DNA of 57,423 bases from Thermoflexales bacterium (GCA_014360895.1 JACIWQ010000005.1:1-57423); one strand, 5' to 3'. Counted from the first letter of the stretch, positions 18,913 through 27,941 are shown. Notes: a model not told the origin generated them from the sequence alone. Numbers and translations are program-made.

Positions 18913-20363
18913 TGCTGGATTTGCGGACTGTTCGCCATATTCACTTCATCGGCATTGGCGGGGCGGGGCTCTCGGCGATGGCCCGGGTGCTGATGGAGCG
19001 AGGGGCCGTCGTCTCCGGCTCCGACCTGACCCTCTCTCCGGCGGCGGAAGCGCTGATGCGGGACGGCGCGCGGGTCTATGTGGGCCACCGGGCCGAGAAC
19101 GTGGCGGGCGCGGACGTGGTCATCGCCTCTTCGGCGGTGCGGGAGGACAACGTGGAGGTCCAGGCGGCGCGGGCGGCGGGCATCCCGGTGCTCCGCCGTG
19201 CGCAGGTGCTGGGCCAACTGATGGAGGGACACATCGGCATCGCCGTCGCGGGGACCCACGGGAAGACGACGACAACGGCGATGATTGCGACGGTTCTCTG
19301 GGAGGCCGGCCTGGACCCGACCTTCATCGTCGGCGGGACGCTGGTGGGGCCGGGGACCAACGCCCGAGCGGGCGGCGGACCGCATTTCGTCATTGAGGCC
19401 GACGAGTACGACCGGACCTTTCTGGCGCTGACGCCGCGCATCGCCGTGGTGACCAACGTGGAGCACGACCACCCGGATTGCTACCCGACTTTTGAGGACT
19501 TCCGGGCCGCCTTCGCCGAGTTCGTCGCCCGGATTCCGCCCGACGGCCTGCTGGTGGCCTGCTGGGACCACCCTGTGGCGCGGGAACTGGGCCGGGAACG
19601 GCGGGCCCAGGGCGGACGGGTCGTCTTCTACGGCTTCGCCGCAGGCGGCTGCTTCGCTGCGCTCGCAGTGACAACCTCGCCGCGCGGCGGCCGGGAACGG
19701 GGCGCAGAGTGGACGGCCCGGCGTGTCCACGCCAACCCGTCCGGCGGGACGGACTTCTACGCGGTCCGGTCGGGGCGGACGCTGGGGGAGGTCCGGCTGC
19801 GGGTGCCGGGGGAGCACAACGTCCTGAACGCGCTGGCCGCGCTGGCAGTGGCCGAGGAGGTCGGCGTGCCCTTTCCCACGGCCCGGGCCGCGCTTTCGGG
19901 CTTCCGGGGCGTGGGGCGCCGCTTTGAGGTCAAGGGGGAGGCGGAGGGGGTGGTCGTCGTGGACGACTACGCTCACCACCCGACGGAGATTCGGGCGACC
20001 CTGGCAGCGGCCCGTCAGCGGTTCCCCGGACGGCCGGTCTGGGCGGTCTGGCAGCCGCACACCTACAGCCGGACGAAGGCGCTGCTGGAGGAGTTCGCGG
20101 AGGCTTTTGACCAGGCCGACCACGTGGTGGTGCTCCCGATCTACGCCGCGCGGGAGTCGGACACCCTGGGGGTCAGCAGCGCCGACGTGGTGGCCCGGAT
20201 GCGCCACCCCGACGCGCGGGTCGTGGGCTCCCGGGAGGAGGCGGTGGCGCTCTTAGGGACGGAGGTCCGGCCCGGCGACGTGGTCCTTACCCTGGGCGCG
20301 GGGGATGGGGATAAGGTGGGGGAGTGGTTGCTGGAGGCGCTGAGGCGGGGGGCTGAAGCGTGA
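18909..20363 (+). CDS. murC: UDP-N-acetylmuramate--L-alanine ligase, with a repeat-derived insertion
   Basis: HFIGIGGAGLS, AGTHGKTTT, EADEYD, DHPD, GVGRRF, DDYAHHPTE, QPHTYSR. Confidence 0.97.
   Translation: MMLDLRTVRHIHFIGIGGAGLSAMARVLMERGAVVSGSDLTLSPAAEALMRDGARVYVGHRAENVAGADVVIASSAVREDNVEVQAARAAGIPVLRRAQVLGQLMEGHIGIAVAGTHGKTTTTAMIATVLWEAGLDPTFIVGGTLVGPGTNARAGGGPHFVIEADEYDRTFLALTPRIAVVTNVEHDHPDCYPTFEDFRAAFAEFVARIPPDGLLVACWDHPVARELGRERRAQGGRVVFYGFAAGGCFAALAVTTSPRGGRERGAEWTARRVHANPSGGTDFYAVRSGRTLGEVRLRVPGEHNVLNALAALAVAEEVGVPFPTARAALSGFRGVGRRFEVKGEAEGVVVVDDYAHHPTEIRATLAAARQRFPGRPVWAVWQPHTYSRTKALLEEFAEAFDQADHVVVLPIYAARESDTLGVSSADVVARMRHPDARVVGSREEAVALLGTEVRPGDVVLTLGAGDGDKVGEWLLEALRRGAEA
19648..19691 (-). 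repeat. 44-bp copy of an intergenic REP-like element, in frame inside murC
   Basis: 43/44 identical to the reverse complement of 29090-29133. Confidence 0.92.
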
Positions 20364-20414
20364 AACGTGAAACGTGAAGCGTGAAACGTGAGGCGTGAAA
20401 CGTGAAACGTGAGG
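20354..20414 (+). repeat. Heptamer array TGA(A/G)(A/G)CG x8
   Basis: Directly visible; contains the murC stop; same unit at 52408-52435 and, in reverse, at 56193-56275. Confidence 0.95.
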
Positions 20415-20435
20415 TGGGAAGCGGGGGAGGTGCCG

Positions 20436-20576
20436 ATGGCCAACCAGAGTGAGCGCACGTTGGGGCGACTGCAGCGGGTGCGGCGGCGACGCCGAAAGCG
20501 GAACGCCTTCGCCAGCGAGGTGCTGGCGGCCAAACTGGAACTGGTCCAGGCCCAGAAGTCCCGCTCTGGGCGGTAG
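20436..20576 (+). CDS. 46-aa Arg-rich small protein (MANQSERTLGRLQRVRRRRRKRNAFASEVLAAKLELVQAQKSRSGR)
   Basis: GGAGGT RBS 4 nt upstream, ATG to TAG, GC-rich third positions; below the ORF-track length cutoff. Confidence 0.65.
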   Translation: MANQSERTLGRLQRVRRRRRKRNAFASEVLAAKLELVQAQKSRSGR

Positions 20577-20579
20577 GGC

Positions 20580-21017
20580 CTACAGGTTTATTGGGGATTG
20601 GGGCGACGGAAGAATCTGGAAGCGGTCGCAGTGCGCGGGGCGGATAATGTTGAAGTGACGATAATCCAGCGTAAGGATGGTCGTTATCTTCAGCCGTTCC
20701 GCGATCGCCACAATCGCTGCATCCGTGAAATCCAGGCCGATGTCTTCGTAGCGCTCAAGGAGTTCCAGGACTCGCGGCAGGTCGCGGGGCTGAAGGGGTT
20801 CCACAGGGATAGCGTTTCGGATCAGTTCTCGCAAGAATTGCCGCATCGCTCTGCGGCCCAGCCGTGAGTCTAATAAATAGCAGATTTCTGGCAGTACCGG
20901 GCAAGGGAGTACCAGAGGGGCCTGGAAGGTCTGCGCCACGGCCAGGGCTCGGGCGTGATGACGGTCGCTGGAATCCGCAAGGGCGAAGAGGAATCCGGTG
21001 TCAGCGAGGGCTACCAT
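20580..21017 (-). CDS. vapC: VapC/PIN toxin
   Basis: ALADTGFLFALAD..D.HH, LPEICYLL, LDFTDAAIVA, TLDYRHF. Confidence 0.9.
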   Translation of the reverse strand: MVALADTGFLFALADSSDRHHARALAVAQTFQAPLVLPCPVLPEICYLLDSRLGRRAMRQFLRELIRNAIPVEPLQPRDLPRVLELLERYEDIGLDFTDAAIVAIAERLKITTILTLDYRHFNIIRPAHCDRFQILPSPQSPINL

Positions 21018-21261
21018 GGGGTTCCCAACCGCAGGCAGAAGTGGTTTCTGCCTTGAGGATTTCCTCACTCTGTTCGGCGATGTCGCCCTGACCGGAGGCG
21101 CCCAGGCCGGTGATAGCGGCCAGGAAAGCGCCGGACGAGGGGGTTGTCCTCTCTTCGTAAAGGCGCAGGGCGTCGGCAACGATGTCCGCCGGGCGGCGCC
21201 GCTCCCGCCGGGCGAGAGAGCGAATTCTTTGTACCAGATTGCGGTCCAAAATCCAGATCAT
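21001..21261 (-). CDS. Putative RHH-type antitoxin
   Basis: LVQRIRSLARRERRRPADIVADALRLY...G..DIAEQSEEIL; overlaps the PIN gene start. Confidence 0.75.
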   Translation of the reverse strand: MIWILDRNLVQRIRSLARRERRRPADIVADALRLYEERTTPSSGAFLAAITGLGASGQGDIAEQSEEILKAETTSACGWEPHGSPR

Positions 21262-21262
21262 G

Positions 21263-21308
21263 TTTCCGCTCCAGCGGAAATTATAACACGCCCTGGCCTG
21301 GATGCCAA
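21263..21308 (-). promoter_or_regulatory. Promoter and operator of the antisense TA module
   Basis: Minus strand TTGGCA (21308-03), 17-bp spacer, TATAAT (21285-80); perfect inverted repeat TTTCCGCT-CC-AGCGGAAA at 21263-80. Confidence 0.7.
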
Positions 21309-21324
21309 ACTTGTTGCGAAGAAT

Positions 21325-21353
21325 CTCTGCGTTCTCCGCGCTCTCTGCGGTGA
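21325..21353. repeat. Solo right arm of the 9-mer-period hairpin family
   Basis: CTCTGCGTTCTCCGCGCTCTCTGCGGTGA directly before the murB ATG. Confidence 0.8.
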
Positions 21354-21356
21354 AAC

Positions 21357-22286
21357 ATGAACCTTGCTTCGCTTCTGGAGTGGGCCTCGGGGTTGGGAGA
21401 GCGGGCGCGGCGGGAAGAGCCGCTGGCGTCCTACACCGCGATGCGCGTCGGCGGGCCGGCGGACCTGCTGGTGGTCTGCCGGACGACGGAGGAGGTGGTA
21501 GAGGCAGTGGAGCGGGCGCGCGCGGCGGGGGTGCCATGGCGGGTCCTGGGCGGCGGCTGCAACGTCCTGGTCTCCGACGCCGGGGTGCGGGGGCTGGTGG
21601 TGGTCAACCGGGCCGACCGGACCCGCATAGAGGCCGACGGGACGGTCTGGGCGGAGGCCGGGGCGCCGATGGCCGCGCTGGCCCGGGAGACGGCGGCCCG
21701 GGGCCTGGCCGGGCTGGAGTGGGCGGCAGGATTGCCGGGGACCGTCGGCGGGGCGGTGGTGGGGAACGCGGGCGCCTTCGGGGGCGACGTAGCCTCGGTG
21801 CTGCGCAGCGTCACCCTGCTGGAGCGGGACGGGAGTATCGCGGAGCGGCCCGCGGACTGGATGGCCTTCGCCTACCGGGAGAGCCGGATCAAACGGTTGC
21901 CGCCGCAGGAGCGGCCCGTCGTCCTGGCGGCGACGTTCTGCCTGACGCCCGGCGACTCGGCCGTGCTGGCGGCCCGGGTGGAGGAGATTCTGACCTGGCG
22001 GCGGACCCGTCATCCCTCGGGGGCGACAATGGGGTCTACCTTCAAGAACCCTCCCGGCAACCACGCGGGGCGGCTGATAGAGGCGGCGGGGCTGAAGGGG
22101 TATCGCATCGGCGGGGCGATGGTCTCGGAACTACACGCCAACTTTCTCATCAACACCGGCTCCGCCACCGCCGCCGACGTCCGGGCCCTCATCCGGCACA
22201 TCCAGGCCGAGGTGGAGCGACAGTTCGGCATCCGGCTGGAGCCGGAGGTGGAGTTTATTGGGTGGGACGCGGATGAACGCGGATGA
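21357..22286 (+). CDS. murB: UDP-N-acetylenolpyruvoylglucosamine reductase
   Basis: RVGGPA, LGGGCN, GLPGTVGGAVVGNAGA, YRES, GSTFKNP, HANF, LEPEV. Confidence 0.96.
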   Translation: MNLASLLEWASGLGERARREEPLASYTAMRVGGPADLLVVCRTTEEVVEAVERARAAGVPWRVLGGGCNVLVSDAGVRGLVVVNRADRTRIEADGTVWAEAGAPMAALARETAARGLAGLEWAAGLPGTVGGAVVGNAGAFGGDVASVLRSVTLLERDGSIAERPADWMAFAYRESRIKRLPPQERPVVLAATFCLTPGDSAVLAARVEEILTWRRTRHPSGATMGSTFKNPPGNHAGRLIEAAGLKGYRIGGAMVSELHANFLINTGSATAADVRALIRHIQAEVERQFGIRLEPEVEFIGWDADERG

Positions 22287-22314
22287 ACGCGGATGAACGC
22301 GGATAAACGCGGAT
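22263..22314 (+). repeat. 10-mer array (G/A)(A/G)ACGCGGAT x5
   Basis: Directly visible; contains the murB stop. Confidence 0.95.
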
Positions 22315-22341
22315 GTGTTTTTGCTTTTCAGGAGGTCGGAA

Positions 22342-22791
22342 GTGCTTGCAGATCTTAAGCATCGGGAGATCACGGAGAGGATTCTTCACGTGTTCTTCAA
22401 GGTGGTTTATCCGCAATTGGGGTACGGGTTTCTGGAGAAGGTGTATGAGAACGCGATGGCCATCGCGTTGCAGGAGGCCGGATTGCGGGTTCAGCAACAG
22501 GTCCGGATTCCTGTGTATTTTCACGGACAACTGGTGGGAGAATACATCGCGGATTTGCTGGTTGAAGACGCCGTTATTGTGGAATTGAAGGCGGTTTCTC
22601 AGTTGACCAAAGAACATGAGGCGCAACTGTTGAACTACCTGCGGGCCACACCCTATGAAGTAGGGCTTCTGCTGAATTTCGGGCCCAAGCCCGATTTCTG
22701 CCGTCGGGCCTTTGACAACGAGCGCAAAACGGTGACTTGGGACGCGGAGGGACGCAGATCAACGCGGAAATATTCATCAAAATCCGCGTAA
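22342..22791 (+). CDS. GxxExxY protein (PD-(D/E)xK nuclease-like)
   Basis: LGYGFLEKVYE, ADLLVEDAVIVELK, HEAQLLNYL, GLLLNFG; GGAGGT RBS before GTG. Confidence 0.93.
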   Translation: MLADLKHREITERILHVFFKVVYPQLGYGFLEKVYENAMAIALQEAGLRVQQQVRIPVYFHGQLVGEYIADLLVEDAVIVELKAVSQLTKEHEAQLLNYLRATPYEVGLLLNFGPKPDFCRRAFDNERKTVTWDAEGRRSTRKYSSKSA

Positions 22792-22813
22792 ATCCGCGTT
22801 TATCGGCGTCCAA
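22738..22813. repeat. 10-mer-period hairpin downstream of GxxExxY
   Basis: TGGGACGCGGAGGGACGCAGATCAACGCGGA...ATCCGCGTAAATCCGCGTTTATCGGCGTCCAA. Confidence 0.9.
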
Positions 22814-22823
22814 AGGAGCAAAA

Positions 22824-23951
22824 ATGGGCAAGATTCGGGTTGGGGTGCTGTTTGGAGGGCGGTCGGGGGAGCACGAGATCAGCCTGATCTCGGCCCGGTC
22901 GGTGATGCGGGTGATGGACCCGGAGAAGTACGAGGTGGTCCCGATCGGCATCACCAAGGACGGGCGCTGGCTGGCCTCGGGCGACCCGATGGCCGCGCTG
23001 ACCCAGGGCGACGAATGTCTCAGCAGCCCGGCCGCGCTCTTAGGCGACCCGACACACCGGGGCGTCGTCTCCCTGAAAGAACTGGAGCCCCACCTGGCCC
23101 GCGCGCTCCTGGCCGAACTGGACGTCGTCTTCCCGGTCCTGCACGGGCCCTACGGGGAGGACGGGACGGTCCAGGGGCTCCTGGACCTGGCGGGCATCCC
23201 GTACGTGGGCGCCGGGGTGGCCGCGTCGGCGCTGGGGATGGACAAAGTCCTCTTCAAGGACCTGATGCGGGCCCACGGCCTGCCCATCGTGAAGTACATC
23301 GTGGTCAAGCGCAGGGAGTGGGAGCGGGACCCGGAGGCGGTCCTGGACCGGGTGGAGGGCGAACTGGGGTACCCCGTCTTCACCAAACCGGCCAACCTGG
23401 GCTCCAGCGTGGGGGTCAACAAGTGTCGCAACCGGGAGGAACTGGCGCGGGGGCTCGCCGACGCGGCCCAGTACGACCGGAAACTGCTGGTGGAGGCCGC
23501 GGTCCCGCAGGCCCGGGAGATTGAGGTCAGCGTCCTGGGGAACGACGAGCCCATCGCGTCGGTGCCGGGGGAAATCATTCCCAGCCGGGAGTTCTACAGT
23601 TACGCCGCCAAGTACCTGGACGACGGGGACCGGGCGTCTAAACTGCTCATTCCCGCGCCGCTACCGGAGGAGGTGGCCCAGCGGGCGCGCGAGTTGGCCA
23701 TTCGGGCCTACCTGGCGGTGGACTGCGCGGGGATGGCGCGGGTGGACTTCCTGCTCTCGCGGGAGACGGGGGAACTCTTCGTCAGCGAACTGAACACCAT
23801 TCCCGGTTTCACCGCCATCAGTATGTACCCGAAGTTGTGGGAGGCCAGCGGGATTCCGTACCCGGAGTTGATTGACCGGCTCATTCGGTTGGCCTTGGAA
23901 CGGCACGCAGACCGGGCGCGGAACCGGGTGTCGTATCAGCCGGAGGAGTAG
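22824..23951 (+). CDS. ddl: D-alanine--D-alanine ligase
   Basis: GGRSGEHEIS, LHGPYGEDG, KPANLGSSVG, FYSYAAKY, RVDF, ELNTIPGFT. Confidence 0.97.
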   Translation: MGKIRVGVLFGGRSGEHEISLISARSVMRVMDPEKYEVVPIGITKDGRWLASGDPMAALTQGDECLSSPAALLGDPTHRGVVSLKELEPHLARALLAELDVVFPVLHGPYGEDGTVQGLLDLAGIPYVGAGVAASALGMDKVLFKDLMRAHGLPIVKYIVVKRREWERDPEAVLDRVEGELGYPVFTKPANLGSSVGVNKCRNREELARGLADAAQYDRKLLVEAAVPQAREIEVSVLGNDEPIASVPGEIIPSREFYSYAAKYLDDGDRASKLLIPAPLPEEVAQRARELAIRAYLAVDCAGMARVDFLLSRETGELFVSELNTIPGFTAISMYPKLWEASGIPYPELIDRLIRLALERHADRARNRVSYQPEE

Positions 23952-24008
23952 GGGAGCGGAGGGGCTGGGGGAGCAGAGGGGTAGGGGAGCAGGAGAGCAG
24001 AGGAGAGA
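23951..24008 (+). repeat. Degenerate 8-mer purine array (GGGAGC(A/G)G)
   Basis: Visible; the same family forms a hairpin at 52089-52150. Confidence 0.75.
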
Positions 24009-24011
24009 GGC

Positions 24012-25682
24012 ATGGGGGCGCATCTGTTGCAGGAACTGATCCGAAAAGGCGAGAGTCGTGAGGTGGAATTCAAGAGTGACCGGGGGCCGCTCTCCGACGC
24101 GGAACTATTGGAAGCCGTTGTCTGCCTGGCAAACGATCAGGGCGGCGTGCTGTTGATAGGCGTAGAGGATGACGGCACGGTTACCGGGTTGCATGAAAGC
24201 CACCGTACAAACCCGAAGCAACTGGAAGCCTTCGTTGCCGCTCGCACACAGCCGCCCTTGCTGGTTCGGGTGTCCTTTGAGTCTTTAGAGGGGCATATCG
24301 TTGCGGTGGTTGAGGTTCCAAAAGTCAGTCAGCCGGTGGCAACCAGCGACGGTCGGCTGGTGATTCGGTATCTGGATACACATGGCCGTCCTGGCTGCCG
24401 TCCACTGTATCCCTATGAACTCTCTTCCTGGCGAGCAGACCGGGGCCTTTTTGACTACACCGCGCAGCCAGTGGAAGGAGCCAGTTGGCAAGACCTGGAC
24501 CCTTTAGAGTTTGAACGCCTACGCCGACTGGTGCAGGAATATCGGGGGGACTCTCAACTGTTGGTTTTGGACGACCAACAGTTGGCTCGCGCTTTGAACC
24601 TTGTCTTCGGTCGGGGTCAACATTTCGTGCCGACCGTGGCAGGCCTCTTGCTGGTCGGGAGGGAAGAGGCCCTTCGCACCTTGTTGCCTGCCCATGAGGT
24701 AGCCTTGCAGGTTCTGGAGCGGCGAGAAGTTCGGCTGAACGAATTTTACCGTTGGCCGCTGTTGCGGATTTTTGAGCGGATTATGGAGGCCTTCTCGGTT
24801 AGAAACGAAGAACGGGAGTTGACAGTGGGCCTCTTCCGGGTGGGGATACCGGCTTATGACCCACGGGCGTTCCGTGAGGCGGTAAACAACGCCCTGACCC
24901 ATCGGGACTATACCCGGCTGGGCGCGGTGCACATTCAGTTACGCGAAGACCATGTCCTGATTTCCAATCCGGGTGGATTTGTAGAGGGAGTTACAATCCA
25001 CAACATCCTGGTCGCGGGGCCCAAACCGCGCAATCCGGTCCTGGCCGATGCGTTCAAGCGGATTGGACTGGTGGAGCGGACAGGGCGTGGCGTCAGCATC
25101 ATCTATGAAGGGCTTCTGCGGACTGGACATCTGCCACCGGACTATTCCCGAACCACCCATACATCGGTCACCCTGATTTTGCCAGGAGGTCCGAGTGACC
25201 TGGATTTTGTCTCGTTGATTGTCCAAGAGGAAAACAAACGACAACGTCCGTTTTCAGTGGAGGAATTGCTCCTGCTGAACTATCTCTGGCGGGAGCGGGA
25301 AGTAGACCTTAAGGAGGCGGCCCGGCTGATTCAGCAGGACGAGGTTGTAGCCCGCAGAGTACTGGAACATCTGCTGGAAAGTGGGCTGGTAGAGGGGCGA
25401 GGCCGGACACGGGCTCGCCGTTATCATCTGAGCCTTGCTGTCTATCGGGAGACGGGGAAAAGAGCGGAATACGTGCGCCGACGGGGCTTTGACCGCCCAC
25501 AGATGGAGCAAATGATTCTGGAATATGTACGGTTATATGGTCGGATTACCCGCCGGGAGGTGATGGATTTGTGCCGTGTGAGTGCTCATCAAGCAGCATA
25601 TTTGCTAAGGCGATTAGCAAAAGATGGGCATCTGGAAGTGGTCGGAGCAGGACGTGCTGCCTTTTACCGGCTGAAACGTTGA
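24012..25682 (+). CDS. AlbA_2 (Schlafen) + HATPase_c_4 + winged-helix protein (RecG-like ATP-binding regulator family)
   Basis: ESREVEFKS, LANDQGGVLLIGVEDDG, REAVNNALTHRDY, NPGG, RNPVLA, ERTGRG, C-terminal HTH; codon usage less GC-biased than its neighbours. Confidence 0.88.
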   Translation: MGAHLLQELIRKGESREVEFKSDRGPLSDAELLEAVVCLANDQGGVLLIGVEDDGTVTGLHESHRTNPKQLEAFVAARTQPPLLVRVSFESLEGHIVAVVEVPKVSQPVATSDGRLVIRYLDTHGRPGCRPLYPYELSSWRADRGLFDYTAQPVEGASWQDLDPLEFERLRRLVQEYRGDSQLLVLDDQQLARALNLVFGRGQHFVPTVAGLLLVGREEALRTLLPAHEVALQVLERREVRLNEFYRWPLLRIFERIMEAFSVRNEERELTVGLFRVGIPAYDPRAFREAVNNALTHRDYTRLGAVHIQLREDHVLISNPGGFVEGVTIHNILVAGPKPRNPVLADAFKRIGLVERTGRGVSIIYEGLLRTGHLPPDYSRTTHTSVTLILPGGPSDLDFVSLIVQEENKRQRPFSVEELLLLNYLWREREVDLKEAARLIQQDEVVARRVLEHLLESGLVEGRGRTRARRYHLSLAVYRETGKRAEYVRRRGFDRPQMEQMILEYVRLYGRITRREVMDLCRVSAHQAAYLLRRLAKDGHLEVVGAGRAAFYRLKR

Positions 25683-25741
25683 AAAGAATGTGGAATTCGT
25701 CAAAAGAATGTGGAATTCATCAAAAGAATGTGGAATTCAAC
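25682..25741 (+). repeat. 20-bp tandem repeat x3 (AAAAGAATGTGGAATTCRWC)
   Basis: Units at 25682, 25702 and 25722. Confidence 0.95.
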
Positions 25742-25808
25742 GAAAAATCGCGCGATTAGGCATACATCTATACGTTTCAAAGAGCGACGAACGTAACGGG
25801 AGCACACG

Positions 25809-26597
25809 ATGCCCGCAGCACGACGGGGGAGCAGGAGGCGACGGCAGGGGTTCCGGCAGAGCGTCCCGCTGGTGATTGGGGGCCGGGTAGCCCAGCCACG
25901 GGCGGCCGCGCGCCCAGCGGCGGTGCTGGGCGTGGTGGGGGGCCTGGCCCTGCTGGGGCTGGTCCTGTGGTTCGCGTTTAGCCCGCAGTTCTACGTCACC
26001 GAGGCGCAGGTGGTGGGCGCACAGCGGGTCCCGGCGGAGGCAATTTTCGCCGCCAGCGGGCTCCAGCGCCTGCACATCCTCTGGGCCAGCCCGCGCGCGG
26101 CAGAGGCACGCATCCTGGAAACAATCCCGTCTATAGAGCGGGTGCGGGTCTCCTGCCGACTCCCGGCCCGCTGCGTCATCGCCGTCACCGAACGGGAGCC
26201 GGTGGCGGCCTGGGACCAGGGCGGGACGTACTACTGGGTGGACCGCGCGGGCGGCGCGTTCCCGGGCCCCGGGCCGCTGGAGGGGAGGTGGCAGGTCAGC
26301 GGGCCGCTGCCCACCGACGAGAAAGGGCTGGTGGCCCGGGACGTGCTGGTCGGACTGGGGGAACTGGAACGGCTGGGGATTCGCCCGGGCCGCATTCTCT
26401 ACCGGCCCGGTCGCGGGCTGGTCCTGGAGGACCCGGCGGGCTGGCGGGTGGTCCTGGGCCAGGGGACGGGAATGGCCCGTCGGCTCCAGGTCTACCTGAA
26501 AATCCGGGCCCACCTGCTGGAAAAGGGAATCACGCCGAAGTTTGTGGACGTCCGCTTCCCAGACGCGCCGTATTATTCCGCCACGAACGAGTGGTAG
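25809..26597 (+). CDS. ftsQ: Cell division protein FtsQ/DivIB (POTRA)
   Basis: TM helix, V.G POTRA start, LP....I.V.ER.P, VD..G, VDVRF; upstream of ftsA. Confidence 0.85.
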   Translation: MPAARRGSRRRRQGFRQSVPLVIGGRVAQPRAAARPAAVLGVVGGLALLGLVLWFAFSPQFYVTEAQVVGAQRVPAEAIFAASGLQRLHILWASPRAAEARILETIPSIERVRVSCRLPARCVIAVTEREPVAAWDQGGTYYWVDRAGGAFPGPGPLEGRWQVSGPLPTDEKGLVARDVLVGLGELERLGIRPGRILYRPGRGLVLEDPAGWRVVLGQGTGMARRLQVYLKIRAHLLEKGITPKFVDVRFPDAPYYSATNEW

Positions 26598-26614
26598 GGC
26601 CTTCGGAGGGCCGT

Positions 26615-27835
26615 ATGGAGCAGACGGTCGTCGGTATAGATGTCGGTTCCAGCAAAATCTGTACGCTGGTCGGAGAAATCCGGGAGGACGTGGGCCTGCG
26701 CGTCATCGGCGTCGGCATCGTGCCCTCACGCGGCCTGCGCAAAGGGGCCGTCGTCAACCTGACCGAAGCGACGGCCGCCATCACCGCGTCGGTCCAGGAG
26801 GCAGAACGGTCGTCCGGCTACCGGATTGAGCGGGCCTACGTCAGCCTCAGCGGCCCTCACATCGCGTCGCTCAATAGCCGGGGGGTCATCGCCGTCCCGC
26901 GCCGGGAGGAGGGGATCACCCTGGAGGATGTAGACCGCGCCCTGGACGCCGCGGGCGCGGTCGCCATACCCTATAACCGGGAACTGCTCCACATCGTCCC
27001 GCGCCACTATATCGTGGACGGTCAGGAGGGAGTACGGGACCCGGTGGGCATGCACGGGTTCCGGTTGGAGGTGGAGGCGCATGTCATTACGGCGTCCTCT
27101 ATGGCGATCCAGAATCTGGTCAAGTGCGTCGCCGGCGCGGGGGTGGAGGTGGAGGAGATGGTTCTGGGCCCGCTGGCGGCGGGGGACGCCGTCCTCACCG
27201 AGAACGAGCGGGAGGTGGGGGTGGTGCTGGTGGACATCGGCGGCGGCACCACCGACATCGCCATTTTCATTGACGGGACGGTCTGGCATACGGCGTCGCT
27301 GGGGATCGGCGGCGAGTACATCACCAACGACATCGCCATTGGCCTGCGGCTGCCCACCGAGGTCGCCGAGCAGGTGAAAATCCGCTACGGCCATGCCCGG
27401 CCCGCGCAGGTGGGCCAGGACGAGCGGTTCCCGGCGGAGCCGTTCGGCGAGAGCGGCCCGCAGATGCTCCCGCGCTGGAAGATGGCGGAGATTATTGAAG
27501 CTCGCGCGGTGGAGATTCTGGAGATGGTCCAGACAGACATCAAGCGCTCCGGCTACGACGGCCTGCTTCCGGCGGGCGTCGTCCTCTGCGGCGGGGTGGC
27601 CCAGTTGCCCGGCATGCCGGAATTGGCGCGGGAGGTGCTGGGACTGCCCGTCCGGGTGGGCCGTCCGCAGGGGCTGGTGGGGCTGGTGGACCGGATCAGC
27701 GGGCCGGCCTTCGCCGTCGCCGCCGGCCTGATGGGCTGGGGGATGACCGCCGACGTCCGCCGACCGCTGCCCAAAGGGGGGCCATCGCTGGGGAAACGGC
27801 TCCGGGAGTGGCTGCGGGCCCTGCTCCCGGGGTGA
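26615..27835 (+). CDS. ftsA: Cell division protein FtsA
   Basis: [48 protein letters not shown]. Confidence 0.96.
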   Translation: MEQTVVGIDVGSSKICTLVGEIREDVGLRVIGVGIVPSRGLRKGAVVNLTEATAAITASVQEAERSSGYRIERAYVSLSGPHIASLNSRGVIAVPRREEGITLEDVDRALDAAGAVAIPYNRELLHIVPRHYIVDGQEGVRDPVGMHGFRLEVEAHVITASSMAIQNLVKCVAGAGVEVEEMVLGPLAAGDAVLTENEREVGVVLVDIGGGTTDIAIFIDGTVWHTASLGIGGEYITNDIAIGLRLPTEVAEQVKIRYGHARPAQVGQDERFPAEPFGESGPQMLPRWKMAEIIEARAVEILEMVQTDIKRSGYDGLLPAGVVLCGGVAQLPGMPELAREVLGLPVRVGRPQGLVGLVDRISGPAFAVAAGLMGWGMTADVRRPLPKGGPSLGKRLREWLRALLPG

Positions 27836-27838
27836 GGC

Positions 27839-27918
27839 GAATCAAAAGAATCAGGAGAATCAAAGAATCGGGAGAAAACAGGAAACAATCTGCGTTTATC
27901 CGCGTTCATCCGCGTCCC
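27839..27918 (+). repeat. GAATC(A/G)-based 8/9-mer array followed by a solo 10-mer right arm (ATCCGCGTT)
   Basis: Visible in the ftsA-ftsZ spacer. Confidence 0.85.
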
Positions 27919-27941
27919 AATCCTATGTCTGGAGGTCGCTC

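Noticed and set aside
25682-25875. 20-bp repeats as a mini-CRISPR, and the short ORFs 25571-25759 and 25690-25875
   Set aside because: No spacers between the units; the ORFs are translations of the repeat without an RBS
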